From NCBI RefSeq assembly GCF_000143415.4, contig NW_003314277.1, positions 679,878-743,877 of the forward strand: a DNA stretch of 64,000 nt, in the 5' to 3' direction. The stretch comes from Selaginella moellendorffii. Its lineage: Eukaryota > Plantae > Lycopodiophyta. Every line of letters begins with the position of its first letter. The stretch's first letter is position 1. A program made the position numbers and the translations under genes. The notes beneath the pieces were generated by a model. That model was not told the origin of the DNA and did not search any database. It worked only from the letters and a program-made list of their open reading frames with translations. Below, one piece after another: positions 62,115 to 64,000 of this stretch.

Positions 62115-62769
62115 AATTCCTTAATATTGTTATATAATAGTTTATTATGTCTATCAAACACCCTTGTTATCATGTCCCATTGTTTTTGAAACTCAAAACA
62201 TTTCTTAAACTTTTAAGGTGAAAGGTGGATAAAAAAAGTAAAGTTTTCAAAAGGAAAAAAGAAGGTGCTGTTGGAGTGGGGGAAATTTGAGATTATAGTG
62301 TCAAGAAATTGCTAGTGACTTCTATTTAGCATGGAAGAGTGCTGCTCATTGTAGAATGGAAGTAAGTTGGAAATGTGTTACTACTTGAGTTATAGGATGC
62401 ATATAATGTGGGTTGTAAAGGGTGTTAAACAGAACCTTTCAAAAGAAGTGGCATAGTCAATACTTGCCACGAGAACAGAAAGTGCTGACGTGGCAATAGG
62501 TCGATCTTCTTTTGTTTTTTTGCATGATATCATCCTCTGATTGAGATCTTGTGACGAGCCGGGTCATCCCTTTCTCGCAATCTAGGGTTCTTGTCGTGCC
62601 ATTTACAAGCTCTTCTAGGTTTTGGTAGCACGCCAGAAGGATCTTGCAAGAAATTGGTCTAGAGGGATTCTTTTTTTTTTTTTTTGCGAGGAATGCTTTT
62701 TTTCTTTGAGAAACTTACTACAGCTTGTTTTTTCTTAGACCGCTACACCGTGCTAGGGTTTTGGGCGAG

Positions 62770-64000
62770 ATGGAGATGAGCGAGGAGCTCGGTATGATCT
62801 AGGCGTCACGAATTATCTATAACAGTTTCTGTGTGTCAGATCCTTTTCTCGCTGCCTACGGCCGGGAGGTAAAGCATGCCAGGCTCCAGGACCGCTGCCT
62901 CTACATCCCGTCTGGCTTCTTGGGCCGTTACAACCTGTCCAAGCTCTGGGTCCATCCAAACTACCTTTTCATGGATCAGTTCATTGCGGAGAAGTGGAGC
63001 AGGGTCGTGAATGAGAGGAAAGGGTTGAAGAACTTCCACATCGTCTCAACGCCAGGTATCGGCAAGACGTTCTATGGCCACTACTTCTTTCACAGTAGAG
63101 CTCAGGAAGGACAGAAAGTAGTGTGGAGGACCGAAGATCCAGAGTACTTCTTCTTCGACTTCTCGCTGGACGATCCTCTGGTGCTGCAATCGAACTGGTA
63201 TACTCGACCGCGGGGGTGGGACATGACGAGCGTCTGGCTCATCGTCGACGGGGGCTCGAGGGGAATAAGTCACCTGGGGCCTCTCATCCAGTGCGTCTCG
63301 CCAGATCGCACTGGCTACTACGAGTTCTCCAAGGACCATGGCTATATATGCCGCCTGGGAGCGTGGTCTCTCGAGGAGGCGCAGCAGTGCAACGAGGAGC
63401 TTGAGCTGGGAATGACAGACGAGGAAATCGGTGTCCGCTTTTACTACTGTGGCGGGCTACCAAGGCTTCTCTTCAACACGGAGAAGTTCTCGGTGGCCGC
63501 GCTCCAAGGGTTGGTGCACGAGGCAGCTGCCAGGGTGGAGAGCTGGAGAAATGTGCTCCACTGCACACTCAACTCGGACAAGGACCCCGCTGTTTCTGAT
63601 ATTCTGCTCCACTACCGTCTTACGACTGACAGATTCGACTCGAACATACACCTGGTGTTTGGCTCGGACTGCATTCAGAAGCTTGCTTTTGAAAGGTTTG
63701 AGGAGCAGGGGTTTCAGGCTTTCCGTGACTTTTTCGACTTATGCCGGGGATATCCGGTTGCAAACACCTTGGCGGGCAAAATATACCAGCAGCACGTCCA
63801 CAAGGTACTTGCCACTGGAGGTGACGAGTTTGATCTTCGATCCTTGGAAGAGGAAGGTGACGGCGTCGAACTCTTCCGTCGGAGGCCGACGTCAGTGAAG
63901 CGGCTGCGCGAGTGGAAAGTGTTCGTAAAGAAGCGGTGCGTGGGGTCTGGTTTCAACGTTTACTCCAAGGACGTGAGTCCTGCGGACGCTTATCGTGCAG
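62770..64000 (+). CDS. CR NTPase + REase-fold protein, copy 3 (runs off the window end); exons 62770-62791 and 62840->64000
   Basis: Manual translation is open to 64000 and is missing from the ORF track because there is no stop codon in the window. First exon MEMSEEL, 48-nt intron 62792-62839, STPGIGKT, WLIVDG, GGLPR. Telo-box (reverse) TAGGGTTT at 62754-62761. Confidence 0.85.

Overview
Eukaryotic, repeat-dense plant DNA. Short GT-AG introns, PLS-type PPR remnants, Ty3/gypsy LTR elements with tRNA-iMet primer sites and a 5S-bearing TRIM all point to a land plant; a non-seed plant such as Selaginella is my inference and is not proven. The only intact protein-coding genes are three paralogs of a Crinkler/RHS-type P-loop NTPase + restriction-endonuclease-fold gene (about 14.5-16.2 kb minus, 18.3-19.9 kb minus with an assembly gap, and 62.8 kb to the window end plus). 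Each has a 5-7 codon first exon and a 48-nt intron. Copies 2 and 3 form an inverted duplication around a roughly 42-kb nest of LTR retroelements: two non-coding LARD-like families, solo LTRs with TSDs, and gypsy gag/pol relics. Inside that nest is an approximately 8.3-kb TIR-bounded Mutator-like element (53.0-61.3 kb). It carries an internally deleted SWIM transposase and, divergently, a decayed intron-containing gene that reconstructs as a ParB/Srx-like domain fused to a beta-class (N4C/N6A-type) DNA amino-methyltransferase-like domain. This is the most novel-looking system here. Also present are a Cassandra-like TRIM, a second TRIM with a 45-bp array, PPR and HDAC gene fragments, hairpin arrays and a foldback element. 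All calls come from manual translation and alignment by eye; no database searches were run.
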